64,000 bases of DNA from Dipteris shenzhenensis (Eukaryota). The notes under the pieces are model-generated. The model saw only the letters and a list, made by a program, of their open reading frames with translations. It ran no database searches and was not told the DNA's origin. The stretch is from NCBI GenBank assembly GCA_047967505.1, contig CM106538.1; one strand, given 5' to 3'. The translations under genes were made by a program, and so were the position numbers. This document shows, in pieces, positions 37,804 to 50,599 of this stretch (position 1 is the stretch's first letter; each line of letters begins with the position of its first letter).

Positions 37804-38141
37804 CGTGGGGACATACTTGAGCTCGAAGCATAGGGTCTTGTCAATAAGGGCTTATGAAAGGAGTAGAAAAGTGATTGAATATGAATTGCTATCGGTGAAA
37901 TAAATCAATTTTTCTAATTAGTCGTATGTACTCTAGGATCTCTCATCATATTTGTTTAATGTTTGATTCCATGGGGGTTTGCAATCATGCGCGCATAATT
38001 GCTTGAGAACATTTTGAGTGTACTTGACTTGTCAAGTATATAATACCATGTGTGTGTCTCTAGATTTTTGTGGCTGCATTTGGTCTATTTTATTTTTGGA
38101 AATTGGTCCAGTAGTATAATGGGGTAGATTTTTGCTAAGCC

Positions 38142-39113
38142 ACTCTATTTATGTAATGAGAAGTATAAAAGATTAACTATGCCAAAAATTCATAAATCGA
38201 CAAGAACAAAAAAACATGATCCATTGTCCACAATTATAGGGATTTCCTAACATACCTTCAAGGCTTAAGATGCCCTCATCCAAAATTAATGAAGTAAATT
38301 AGACAATAGCTTACACATTATTTAACCATATTGGCCTATGGCCATTGTTGACCACTTGATACTTCAATCCAAATTAATTTTAAACATATCCATTCCTTTT
38401 ATCCAACTCGGCATCTAGGCTCAAGCCTATCCTTTACAAATCCCCTCTTTTAACTCCAAATTAACTCATTCTTTTTCAATCATAAAGTATACATCGAGTT
38501 GGTTAAATTTGTTGTTTAGCTTCTATTGTTATTGTGACATCGATAACAAAGTCTTCCCAACTAAGGCTTAGGTGGGTTCTCACCACTTCTTGTTGGATGG
38601 TGGAAGGTATGCAGACTCCTCTCTTTGATAAAGGTGATGCTTGTTATGACTTATCAAAGCAAATCTTCTCTATATAGTTATGCATTCTACAAACCTTTTG
38701 CTAATTACTCCTCTTTTTTTTTTGTATGGTTTCACCTACAAGTTACATTTTTTGGGTCAAATCATAGTAGTTTTCTATTTTTGTCCATTACTAATATTCT
38801 TTTCATTTCACTATGAAAGGGGGTTGTCGAATCTTTACACACACACACACACACAAAACTCTATTTATGTATTGAGAAGTAGAAAAGATTAACTATGCCA
38901 AAATTCATGAATCGACAAGAACAACAAAAAATGATCCATCGTCCACAATTAGAGGGATTTGTCAACATAGCTTCAAGGCTTAAGATGCCCTCATCTAAAA
39001 TTAATGAGCTAAAGGCCCATGGCCTTTGTTGACCACTCGATACTTCAATCAATCCAAATTATTCTTAATCATATCTATTCCTTGTTATCCATCTCATCAT
39101 CTATGCTCAAGCC
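38142..39113. repeat. Diverged direct repeat, ~285 bp (38142-38427) and ~255 bp (38858-39113)
   Basis: Shared actctatttatgta..aaaagattaactatgccaaaa..cttcaaggcttaagatgccctcatc..gctcaagcc; the second copy lacks ~35 bp. Confidence 0.85.
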
Positions 39114-40049
39114 ACCAATTGCATTAGTAACAATCAATTTGATAATCCATCACACCAACTAATCCCAACATAATTATACTTGATATACAAACATCAAACT
39201 ACATAGCCATCTAGTTCTTGCAATAACACTAGCCACAATAGCGGCACTATTATTAACATGGAATCACCCACAATATCGAGGAGACCATGCCCTCTTCCAC
39301 AGCGGGAGAGAGCCTCAGACGCAGATCAGGGACATCTTTGCGGCTCATCGGAGTTTGGGGGGGGGGGGATGCTTAATGTAACAACCAATACTCTTGTTTG
39401 CTTCGGTACAATGGGGTGTACGGTGGGGTGTGCATGGTTGGGGATGTGCATTTTGTTGTAGGGCAATACTTAGCGTTGTGTATTCTCTAATGTAGATAGT
39501 ATGTCCCATTGATTTGGATTACAAGGAGACTTAGCTTGATCGGCCCTTTGGTGCCTATTCCCCTTTGAAGTAGGCATTGACCTTACTGCATTGGAGGAAG
39601 ATCTCTTCCTTCTTCACCACTCTTCCTTTGCTCCATCTCTTTGTAGATGCTTCTCCATCTCTCCCCCTGCATATGCTTCTAGTAGTATGCTGCAAGGGTG
39701 AGGTTGAGTGGTGGGAAGAGGGGGGAAGAGAGACACTTGTGTTGAGCGAAGGGGGAGAGGGGCACGAGAGGCCGAGTGAAGGGAGGGAGGGAGAGAGAGG
39801 TTTCAAGGTGGAGTGAGGCACGCTTTCATAAGGGGAGTTGCCTTAGAATCAATGCTAAGGGAGAGGGGTAGGGAGCGGAGAGAGAGAGGGGGAGGAGCAG
39901 TAATGACGGAGTAGGGGAGGCAGAGGTGGTGGCGAGGTACAGGTCTTAGAGATTAGGTTAATGTGTTAACTTGGTAGGCATAGTAAATTAGGTTAATTGA
40001 GTTAATTTTGTAGAGGTGAAAACTAATTAATCATTTTTTGAATTTTCAA

Positions 40050-40859
40050 GGAGTCGGGAATCGGTAATGGGAGCTACAACTATCACTGGAGGGGGAAGTC
40101 TATTTTTCATTGGCAAAAATGGTGGTGTGACTTTGTAGTTCATGCGACAATTCTCTTTGGTTTGTAGGGTGTGTATCCATGTGCTAGGAATTTAAGGCAG
40201 AGTTCACAGTGATGGCTATAAAAAAACTAACCGCCCAACCTCCCTCGCCGCATCGACATATGCTATCATGCTCACCATTAATTACCAGTTGGCATCAGTG
40301 GAATTTTTGATACCGTCAATGGCTGGGGTCGATGGAAGATCAATCCCAGCCATTTGAGCTTCATTCTTTTTGAACCATAATCACTCTCGCACATGTTAAC
40401 CGGCGCCATTCTCATCAACTAGTAAAAATGACTGCTTCATCCTATGGTTTGTGACTTGTGCCTCTTCACAACCGTTAGATCATCAAACTTGTATTAGATA
40501 TGGCCAAAGGAGCTTTTTTCTAACTGTTATATCTAAGGAAGATCTAATGGCATGCGATTAGTGCCTGTTCCAAGCCGTGAGATCTTCCTTAGATCTAACG
40601 GCTGTCATAATTTTATGGCCACTGATGCTCGTGGACTCTGGAGCACCATAAGATCTGACCTGAAAATTGCATCATCCATCCAAATTTTGCCACGTGTCCA
40701 TTGTTGCCTCCCCCATCCACCATTGACGACAGCTGGGAATCCGGCCTAGTCGCCGATCCCGATCAAAAGCCGAGGCAATCGGCTTCTGGCCTTTGATCAG
40801 TCACTGGGTAGCCCCAATTTCCACTCGAGAATCGGCTCCTGGAGACGATTCCCTACTCC
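40050..40859. mobile_element. Putative non-autonomous TIR (Mutator-like) element
   Basis: Ends ggagtcgggaatcg.. and ..cgattccctactcc are inverted; further degenerate inverted similarity inside; no TSD recognised. Confidence 0.5.
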
Positions 40860-40971
40860 ATGTCCACCACATATTACGAGTATTAATCCACTTAATGTGA
40901 TGGCCTAGATCTTTGTGTCATTGAAGAGTCGGGTATATCGCATTGATTTGGTCCCAAAAATCAATTAATAG

Positions 40972-43900
40972 TTTCTTTTTTTTTTTGCGGGTAAAAGGTA
41001 GCTCATTTAAACCACAAAAAATATTCACATCAGTAGAAAGGTAAAAAGTCTGCCCCTTTTAAGGGAGGGGGGACAAAAACTGATTACATCTACAGTTTTC
41101 CTAGAGCATTGAGAGTCTCATTTTTCTTTCCAAAAGACTATATCGTTTTCTTAGCTTCCTCAATGATCCTTTGACCTAAAGCTCTTCCATAATGGGGTCT
41201 CTGAAAGACAACATCATTCCTATACCTCCAAAGATACATAATCGTTGTTCCCCTTATAAGCTGCCAAACCTCTAAGATGGAATCGTTAAAATTGCCCTGG
41301 TCTCCCAAAAGAGCAACCGTCCACATGATCTTTTATCTGTATCTGAACTTTTCTCAAAATTTTCACTATTTCTCTCCAAATTTCTCTAGCAAAGAAACAG
41401 TCCTAGAGCACATGCATGTGCATTTCCCTCCATTTGTTACAGAAAGGACACAAAGGGCTCACCTACGAATTCCATTGGCTTATTCTTTCCCTCACAGGTA
41501 ATTTTCCAACGATCACCCTCCAAAGCTAAAAAATTTAGCTTGAATGAGGGAGTAGATTTCTGAACTCTCCTGAGTCTCATTGCCATGTAGAAAGACTATC
41601 CAGTGGGGCATGAAACTTCTAGTGATTTCTTGCTGCCATCAATGCTATCTCGAAATTCTTCCACAAGAAGCCTCTAAATGCAGAGTCATCCTGAAAGGTG
41701 TTGCTAGCAAGCTAGCCATCTTTTGATCTTCCAAAGAGCATGTCCAAAAGTCTATTTTTTGCTCCTTTAAGGTTAAATCTATGCACTAAACTATCCAGAT
41801 CACACCATTTTCTCTGCTCAGGTCCCAAACTTGACTAAATGTCTCAACGCCCTTGTCATAAAGCTTTCTTACCAACCGTGGGTGAGAGCTTATGAAAGTT
41901 GGACCACTGTCATAAGCCCAATTTGTCAACCATAGCGATCTTCCAAGCAAGGCATCACCACTTAAGGTTCTCAGCCCACCCCAATAGCACCCTTATATCT
42001 TAATTTTCCATATCTGCATCAGCCTTGACAATAACTTGGACTATGGTATTTTGATAGCCACTTCTGAAAAGAGCACGTCTTGCCAGGAGAAATTAACACC
42101 CCTATGAGAATTCAAACAAATCAAGAATCTTGCCACTTTAGCCCATGGCTGCGAGGAGTCCATTTGTAGTAGTAGCCACTTAGTGCACAACCTTTCATTT
42201 TTATCCTTCATGTGGGTTAGCCCCAAATCACCATCGCTTTTAGAAGCTAAAAGCACCTCCCAATCGCGTGCCATCTATTCTCCCATAAAAAGTTAGCAAT
42301 TACCTTATCAATTTTCCTAAGATTTGTCTTTGCGAAGGGCATAACTGAAAGTACATAAACCGATAAAGATTCTAGCACATGTTTTGCTATAGTGACTCTA
42401 CCCGCCAGTGCTATCATTTTCCCAATCAAATTTATTCTTGAAAAAGACCCTGACTCCTAGTGGGCATCCTAAATATCTAATTATTTGACCCTTTGGAATC
42501 CACTTGAACTGAAAATTCCGAGTCCACTGAGGTGGATCGCCCCACCCAAGCCACAATGCAGTTGTCTTCTCTTCATTGATCCTTGAGTTGGACAAGACAA
42601 CAAACTCATTAGATATCTCCATAAATCTGTTTATATTGTCTTCTATCCCAACTAAGAAATTAGTTTTATCATCAGCAAAGTACTAAGAGCACAATTCAGA
42701 AGCCTCAACCCTCTGATGCTCCCACTACTCACTGCTGATCAATATGAACCAAGAGAGTCTCACTGACTAAAGCAAAAAACAGCGGTGTCAATGGGCATCC
42801 TTGCCTTATTGGTCTTTGTAAAGAATTTTTTTGAAAATGATAGCCAGTAATAGATATTATGGCCTAGGCATTAGAGAATAGCATCTTGACCATCTCACAG
42901 AATCCACTTCCAAAGCTATCCCTGCATAGTGCGAATAACAAAATCCCAGCTCACCCTATCATAAGCTTTCTCTAGATTGAGGTTAAGAATCACAATCCTT
43001 TCATTTTGGGACAATGCATAGTCCACAACAATTAAGGCATTCAACACAACCTCATGAATGTCTCTGATAGCTACAAAACTTAATTGCTTAGAAAGTGGCC
43101 TCCATTGGTTGGGTTTGAGTCTATTGCATCCTTTTGGAATTAATTTGATTACTCCTGTGTTGATAGTGCTAGGGAGTTTGCCCTTACTATAGCACTAGTT
43201 GATTAAACGCACCATCTGATGTGTCCCAATAGTGCTAAAAAAACTCCATAGGCATCCCATCTAGTCTTGGTGTTTTCTCTCTAGCCATGAAAATGGCCTC
43301 AGTAGCATCATTGCTTCATGACTAAGTACCTTTCTTGGCAAGTTTGCCAGGAAAATCCCCATTCTTTGCTCAAAATCTCCTCAAATTTTTTACAGATGAC
43401 TTGCAAACACTTTAGCAATGTTCTCTTCACCTGTAATCAAGTTTCCGTCCTCATCTTCAATTAAAGAGATGCACTCCTTCTACCTTTTCTCCTTCACAAT
43501 CCTAAAAAAGAAAGGGGTGGTCTCCTTGATCTAACCATATCATCCTAGATTGGATGCGTGCTACTACTAACCGGGCATGTTCCTGAGCTCTTAAATAGAG
43601 ATCAGCTGAGTTGAGGAGCATGGACGCATAAAAGTCACTAGGAATTTCCAGCAATGCCAAAACCAATGCTATTCTAGCATGAGTTGCATTTGCTTCGAGG
43701 ATTCTGTCCCTTCTGGCTCTCTCTCTACGAAACTCTTAAGTTTGGCAACTTGCACAGCTGCACGCAAGCAGTTGTTCCATGCTTGGTATGGATGCCTAGA
43801 AATGGCAGTAGCCTTTCTCCATTCCAAAGTGACCCACTTGTCAAAGTGCTCCCACCCCATCAATGAGGTGTTCCATTTAAAAGGGATTGGTCCTCTTTTT

Positions 43901-44190
43901 GTCATTTTATGCTTCAGTAAGTCAAACCAAATGATTATCGAGAAGTGATCAAAGATGAATGTTTCTGCCAATACTTTTCCCTATACCCAGGGCTTAATCC
44001 ACAACCCTCCCTGAGAGAAATATATTCGACCAAGGTGAGCCGCCCTCCAAGAACTACCCATTTGTTTGTTGTGCCATGTAAATACTCATAAACTCCTCAG
44101 ATTTTCTTAGCTTATCCAGTCTATTAACTCATATGAGACTTCAAGCTGACACCACGTCTCCCTTTCTACTAGTGAAACATTCAAAACTTC
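40972..44190 (-). mobile_element. Decayed L1-type LINE ORF2 (endonuclease C-part, RT, zf-RVT) with poly(A) tail
   Basis: T-run at 40972-40986; minus-strand motifs IFDHF..PFKWN, LEKAYDRVSW, RQGCPL, YFADD, IRYLGCPLG, KSDGDLGL, CVLSV..ETVL-like zinc finger region; many stops. Confidence 0.88.
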
Positions 44191-44329
44191 GTGAGAGCGA
44201 CCTTGCATGGCTAGGGGTACTATTCCAATCTCTGAGTAGAATTACAATAAAAAAAAGTGAATTACATTCATAAGACCTGCCATGTGTTTCATGGAGGAGC
44301 TAAGTCGGTGAAGTCATGGAACATCGTTG

Positions 44330-46900
44330 ATTGTCATGTAGACCAACGGGTCAGACCAGTAGATGTAATTGGTTTTGTGCTTCAAAGGGGAGTGGACGCT
44401 GTTGTTGACCCAGATGTGGTCCCGTGTTGACCCATGTATAGTTGTTGGGCTTGTGATTAGTTAACGCATGCCAAGTTGCTGCATGGAGTGGTGGAGTGTT
44501 GTGAGGCTCTTGCTAGGTTTGCTATAACAAATGTTGAAATCACCAACGATGTATGTGGTGCACCCCACACTTACTTGTTGAAGTAGAATTTGCAATTCGA
44601 GAAAGAGGTTGCAATCCAAGAAAGAGGTTGGCAACGGAGGATCTAGGCAATTGGTAGATTTTAAGAACCACTATGTCTCCGAGCAGGGAGCCGTGCAAGT
44701 GTGTGAACAACCCTCAACAATGTTGTTATAGTAGTTTCTTTTCCTGACCAATGCAATGTTGTCTTTGTAGTTTGTTGCCATGCCAAGCCCTTCTCTGTTG
44801 TGCTGATTCCGGAATCCTAATATGGATGTCAAATGTTCCTTCTTTGTGTGCAACTCTTACAAGCATAAAATAGTTGCGACGATGAGGATGTTGTGAGCTG
44901 TTGTTATGTCTTCTTTGTTTGTGAGGAATGATCTTGTGTTAAGAGACTGTAATGACGAAGTGTCTTGCTTGATGACGCTGAAGTCTAGTTGTAATGTTTG
45001 CCATGAACATGAGTTCCTAAATTGCTCGAGCTCTTGCAAGACACTTTGGTCGATTTTGATATTCTTATCCTGCAAGGGTCGTAAGATGTAGAGGTTGGCA
45101 GGATCACGGACACATGACATTGCTGTGTAGGTGAGGCCATGTGTTTTTATTTCAGAGGAGTCAAATACAACAACATGCATTGAAAGACCCTGTGAACCGT
45201 GAATCATGTGCGATGCAGTTGGCTAAATTGGGAACTGGTGCCTGGAAATGTTGTTGAGTGTGCTAATGTCATTGGCAATGTGCGCACCTATATGCAACCA
45301 GTTTAGTTGTGCGATGAACTCCTTGTTTTCTTGTCGCATTGGCATGTCAAGCTTGTAGTACGCAACGTTGTCTTTCCAAATAGAAGGCAACATGGCCAAC
45401 GTTGAATTCTTGCAGGAGAATATCCCATTATCCTTTGTGGGGTTTGCTTGGCACAAGTCTCCACACATGAGTGTCAAATTGTTGCAAGTGATTGTACTTG
45501 ATCTCCCGCATGTGCATGTCCACTGCTATAAAATTTTTTGCCCCAAAAGTGAGATCTGGTCGAACACAATCAGTTCCACGTCCTTGTACAAGTGCGAAAG
45601 AAGTTGTAGTTTTTCTATGGTGAGGCTTTGGTAGGTTATTACAAGTAATGGCAAGTGGAGGGTAGAGTGTATGGTTGTACCACCTATGTTGTATGTTGAT
45701 TTTCCAATGTAAACAAAGAGTAGAATACTTGGAGACTCCGTGCGTGAGTAGTGTCATTGCAGAGCTTGGACTAAGAGCAGTAGTGTGTGACTTTTGCCTG
45801 TCCCTGCATTGCCTGACAAAAATAAACAAAAAGGCCAATTTGCGCGATGGCGTTTCTTTAGCATGACATCTTCGAGCAATAGTCACTGCTTGGGATTCAA
45901 TTTCTTGAGCTCATGAAAGTACTTTTGATTGGGCATGAAAACAATAGAGAAGTTCCCCAAATTTTGGTTTTGGTTTTGTGGTTTGCAAATTTTGAGTTCA
46001 ATCCCGAGGTCGTAGTCTGCTGCTACAGGTGGTTCTCTCATCGTAGAAGTGTTTGTAGGTGATGATGTTGCTCTTGCATTCATGATATTGTCACATGGCT
46101 CCATGTCATTTTTAAATTTCTTGAATTTTTGATCGATTGCTTGTTGTGCGTGGGTATACATGTCATGTCATGTTGAAAAATGTCATTTGTGCATGGTTCC
46201 ATCTCCAATGAATGGCATGTATAGCAAGCACAATTCTCTATAGTAGTTATCTGGGTCTTTATTATTGCTGTAGTTGTTGAAGCGGACAACCTTTGGTCAT
46301 TTTTGCTTTCCTGCTCCACGATCGACTAGGTTGTACGTGCTAGCGTACTGAGCCAAACATAGACGGCGCAATTTGGCTACTCTATTTTTGTACTTTTTGA
46401 TTATTTTGAGGAAGAAGATGTATCTTCTTTGAGGGTCTATTTTTTAGAATAGAACGTTGTTTGAGCAGTGTACGTTCCTCAGGAGAGCTTGTGTTGATGT
46501 AGTAAAAATCCCTTGTTGTACTTGTCAATTGCAAGGACATTGATAAGTACACTGCTTCTGGGGAGCTGATGTGCTGGGTGTTCAAGATTGTGTTACTGAT
46601 CTTTCTGAAACACTCATTCAGTGGGGCATTTTCCTCCAAGCACTGGGTCAAAGCTTGCTTTACAGCGTTTGATGTAGTGTGATCGATTTTCATCATGTAT
46701 GAAGTGCAATATGATGCTGCCATGTGGGGGTTCATAACAAATTTGAAATCCGTGTTTGCTTCCCACAGGATTGAGATAACGGCATTGAAATTTTTTGTGA
46801 ATATGTCTCTCGAGTGCCATTGCAAGAAGATTGTGTGATGCTTGATTCTCAAAGGGTGCACCACTAAGAAATCCTAGGTATCACATGCGTTCAAAGGTCA
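44330..46900 (-). mobile_element. Decayed Helentron / HLE2-type rolling-circle transposon: Rep motif 3, Pif1 helicase and fused AP-like endonuclease
   Basis: NFNAVISILWEANTDFKFVMNPHMAASYCTSYMMK (Helentron-type Rep); LFLSGNAGTGKS (Walker A, ~45785-45828); LIVFDQISLLG; CGDLCQ; IHGSQGLS..TYTAMSCVR. In the same frame follow SLNTRS..ILCL, and downstream YIVGDFNI, SPTTIHGSTRDHIW, YWSD. Confidence 0.8.
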
Positions 46901-47146
46901 TTGTTTGCTTGGGTGTAGCCATTTTTGGTGATGTTGAGGGAATTTTCTACATATAGGTATATTGCATGACCCATAACTTATGCATTGCTCGACGAACTTC
47001 GACAAACTTTGTCTTCAAGTTGTAGTACACATTCCAAACTTGAACATGAGACCAAAAAATTATGGAATAAGGATTTGGAACAAGATCGTTAAAGCATTAC
47101 AAGTGCTATGTTGCATGCATCTTGAAGACTATAGGATATAGCAATT

Positions 47147-47254
47147 TATTCAAAAACCTCAAAATTTCATGTTGTACATACATGCAACCAAGTGATCATT
47201 CAAAAACCTCAAAATTTTATTCTGTACATACATGCAACCAACTAATCATTCAAA
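47147..47254. repeat. Tandem duplication of a 50-bp unit
   Basis: ttcaaaaacctcaaaattt..tgtacatacatgcaaccaa..atca repeated twice. Confidence 0.85.
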
Positions 47255-47584
47255 AGTACACTACGTGAGCTTCTCCTCAATCCAAGGACACACCTAAATG
47301 AGAACAAGTGGTGTTTAGTGTTAGGGGTCCAGCCAACATATCTTTGGTAACAATGTGGTCTTCGACCTTTTGCCAGAGACATGCAACTCCTCATTTGTCA
47401 AGACTTTAAGGCCAGGTGGCATCTGTTAGGTCCTTTAGGGCCACGCTACATAATCATATACGATCACTACCATAGGGCATTCTCGTAGTCAGTAGTTCAA
47501 AACCTCTCTTATTTTAAATGCCCAACATCATCACAAGTTATGGATGACCATTGGCGGGAAATAAAATTTATAGGGTGCATCTTT

Positions 47585-48074
47585 TGAGGAATATGGTGCC
47601 ATGAGCACATATTTAGAGGCAAATGTATGGTGTAGAATGTATTAAAATAGCCACCCTAGGATGTGGACTACATGATGTGAGGATGTGGAGCAAGGACATC
47701 CACTAGGAGAGATGTGGATTAGAGGATCCCACCAGTGTTGACTATTCTAAGGGCTCTCTCTATATAAGAAGCCTACTATCTCTTGTATTGAAAACATATA
47801 CTAGAATACATTGCTTTTAGTGTGCCTATCTTTCCTTGTCTTCCTCTCATGGCTCATCTCTTATACATTGATCCACCTTGAGTTGTTTTCACATGGTATC
47901 AGAGCATAGGTTTAGCTCTCCTAGTTTAGCTCATTAATAGTTCACTAGGATTGCTCCCATTCCTGGATTAGTTTCAGAATGTAAGATTAGTTTTAGATCT
48001 CGATAGTTCTTTTGAGGTTTCATTGACATTCCTTCTTAGGGAGATATATATATGTATGTGTGTGTGTATATATA

Positions 48075-48106
<32 letters not shown>

Positions 48107-49812
48107 AAATCTATCTAGACAAAGCTTGCCTAAGTTCTACATGCTCCAGAGAGACCTTTGAGAGAGTCTTTATCTCACAAGCATTTAACCGACCCGACCA
48201 CAACAAAATTCATAACATAACATCCATGCTATGGGGTGTTCAAATCTTGTCTAAGGAATCGACTCCCGTGGCAACAACAATGACTGAATTGTTTAACATG
48301 GGCGAAGTGACACATGTGTTTGGAAAATTATCAACACGTTCACTAAGACGAGCCAGCTAGCCAGAGCACAGAACAGAGAGTGGCAACGCTCACAACAAAA
48401 GGCAGTCTTGAAACATCCATGCAACTGGCAAGCAATGAAAGACTCCCCCCGATGCTCCAACCAAGACCTTAAATAGCTCCACAACGACAAGCCACAGCTA
48501 GCCGACCATACTCCATGAGCGCCTCGCCCTTGTCTCCGAAACTACCTACAGCATTATCTACAAGCCGCTAAGCTATTGTGACGACTCCAACAACCTCCCT
48601 GTGAACAAAACACACAGAAGTCAAGGAGGTAGCCTTCTACACTCGAGGCTACTAATGCACACGGCCTTCTACAATAGCTACAAGTCTGCACCTAAGCTGA
48701 GGGCAGCAGCAACAACTGCTAATAGAGAACAACAAACAACAAATCTGATGCCAACCTCCATTATCCTCACCTCCTCAGTATCACCATCGTCAAAGGTCTT
48801 CTAAGGTTCTTAACAAATTAACACGTGGCAGATAGGAGACTAACTCCCATAAGGTTAGGTTAGTCAAACTGTAGTTGGGTTATTCTAGTCAATGGTCTAC
48901 AAAGTGACAAATGGTAAGCTATCCACATAGTGCCACCCAAGCATAGACCCTTACTAAGCACAATTTGTAAGCTGCATGTGAATAGCCTCTGCCACATCAT
49001 CAATTGTCCCTCTTCATTAAAGTTTTGACAAGCAGTAACTTTCAATCCAAAAAGAATTTGCACTTGACACTACTAGATTTGAAAGTTTTTCAACTGGTAA
49101 GATTTTTGCAACAAATGGAAAAGCAACACATGAATGCACAAAGCATGCCAAAAGCACAAGTGCATGAGATGACCATAGCACAAAGCATGGCATCCACACA
49201 TAAAGCATTAAGGCACATGGAAGAACAAAGCATCATGCATCAAGCTACATCAAGCAAAGAAGAGAACGCCATCAACAACATGTATTGAGAGCAAAACCTT
49301 GCCACCTTTATCCAACATGTTTGTAAATCAAACCTGACCACCTGAGCGTAGCTATGAAAGCACCCAGGGGAGGATTTGATCTTGTAATACCCACATCTGA
49401 CCACCTTAAGTAGCAGGTATGCACTAAGGGGAGGTGATGGAATGTAAACTCACATTTGACCACCTTAAAGTAGCCAATGCATGGATCATGGCACCAAGGG
49501 GAGGTGTTGAGGAATATGGTGCCATGAGCACATAATTAGAGGCAAAGGTATGGTGTAGGAATGCATTAAAGTAGCCACCCTAGGATGTGGATTACATGAT
49601 GTGAGAATGTGGAGCAAGGACATCCACTAGGAGAGATGTGGATCAGAGGACCCCACAAGTGTTGACTATTCTAAAGGTTATTTCTATATAAGAATCCCAT
49701 CTCTTGTATTGAAAACATATACTGGAATACATTGCTTTTAGTGTGCCTATCTTTCCTTATCTTCCTCTCATGGCTCATCTCTTATACATTGATCCACCTT
49801 GAGTTGTTTTCA
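47585..49812 (+). mobile_element. Non-autonomous (internally deleted) Copia-derived LTR element; ~306-bp LTRs 47585-47891 and 49508-49812
   Basis: Both LTRs tgaggaatatggtgccatgagc..gagttgttttca; PBS tggtatcagagc 47894-47905; PPT aaggggaggtgt. Only an RNase H-end remnant (LFIKVLTSSNFQ) is left. TSD is weak (tcttt/tattg). Confidence 0.88.
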
Positions 49813-50599
49813 TATTGTTCAACAATATAAGCATTCTTAGCTATATGGCTCTTGGCATTGAGTGGTTAGACTCTGTGGTAGCACGGTAGTCGTATTCCTC
49901 ATATCAACATCTAGCTTTCCTTCTAGTTATCTATGCATTCTTTTCTATTCTTTTGTTCCGCATCTAATGTCATGCATTTAAATTGTGACCTAACCCATAC
50001 GCGTTGAGAGTTCAAACTCGACTCATTTGCCGCATTTTTGACTTGAGGCATTCTGTTTTCTTTAAACATTGTATCGATATGCTAGTTAATGAAGTAGAAA
50101 TAAACATCCATTAACACTTTGGCAACCACATTGTTTCCCTTAATCTTATGGTACATGCCTATGCATGAACTCATTATCTTCATCGTGGGCTATGTCGCTC
50201 TTTCAATTCAATAAAATATGTGGAGTTTGAGGAGGCTGGTAGTAGCAATGTACCCGACAACACTCACTCCGAGGGTTTGCTTGCTTTGTTTTCATGTTTT
50301 GCACAACCTATGGGGGTGCATTCCAATACCACAGTCGGATCCTCCCCTAGTGTGTTTCATCCATGTGTTGCTTGTGCCTATACACATTTTCATCCAACTT
50401 GATGGTTAAGTACCCTAAGTTCTCAGGACATGATAGTGGTAATGCTGATGTCCATGTTATGTTGTTTGAGAATTCTTGGCCCAATAGCGCAATGCATCGA
50501 AGCACTAAAGCATCACTTTGGACAACACAATAAACTCATATCCCCTTTTTCAACTTTGCGGCTCTCCCGTGACCTTCCTCCTTTGCTACCATGAAGAAA

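Noticed and set aside
44330-44950. Assigning this endonuclease to the neighbouring LINE
   Set aside because: The LINE has its own EN C-terminal remnants (~43940-44100), and this EN begins in frame with the helicase ORF.
49004-49288. Q/H/K-rich ORF as an env-like gene
   Set aside because: It is short, continues the RNase H frame into low-complexity sequence, and has no transmembrane segment.
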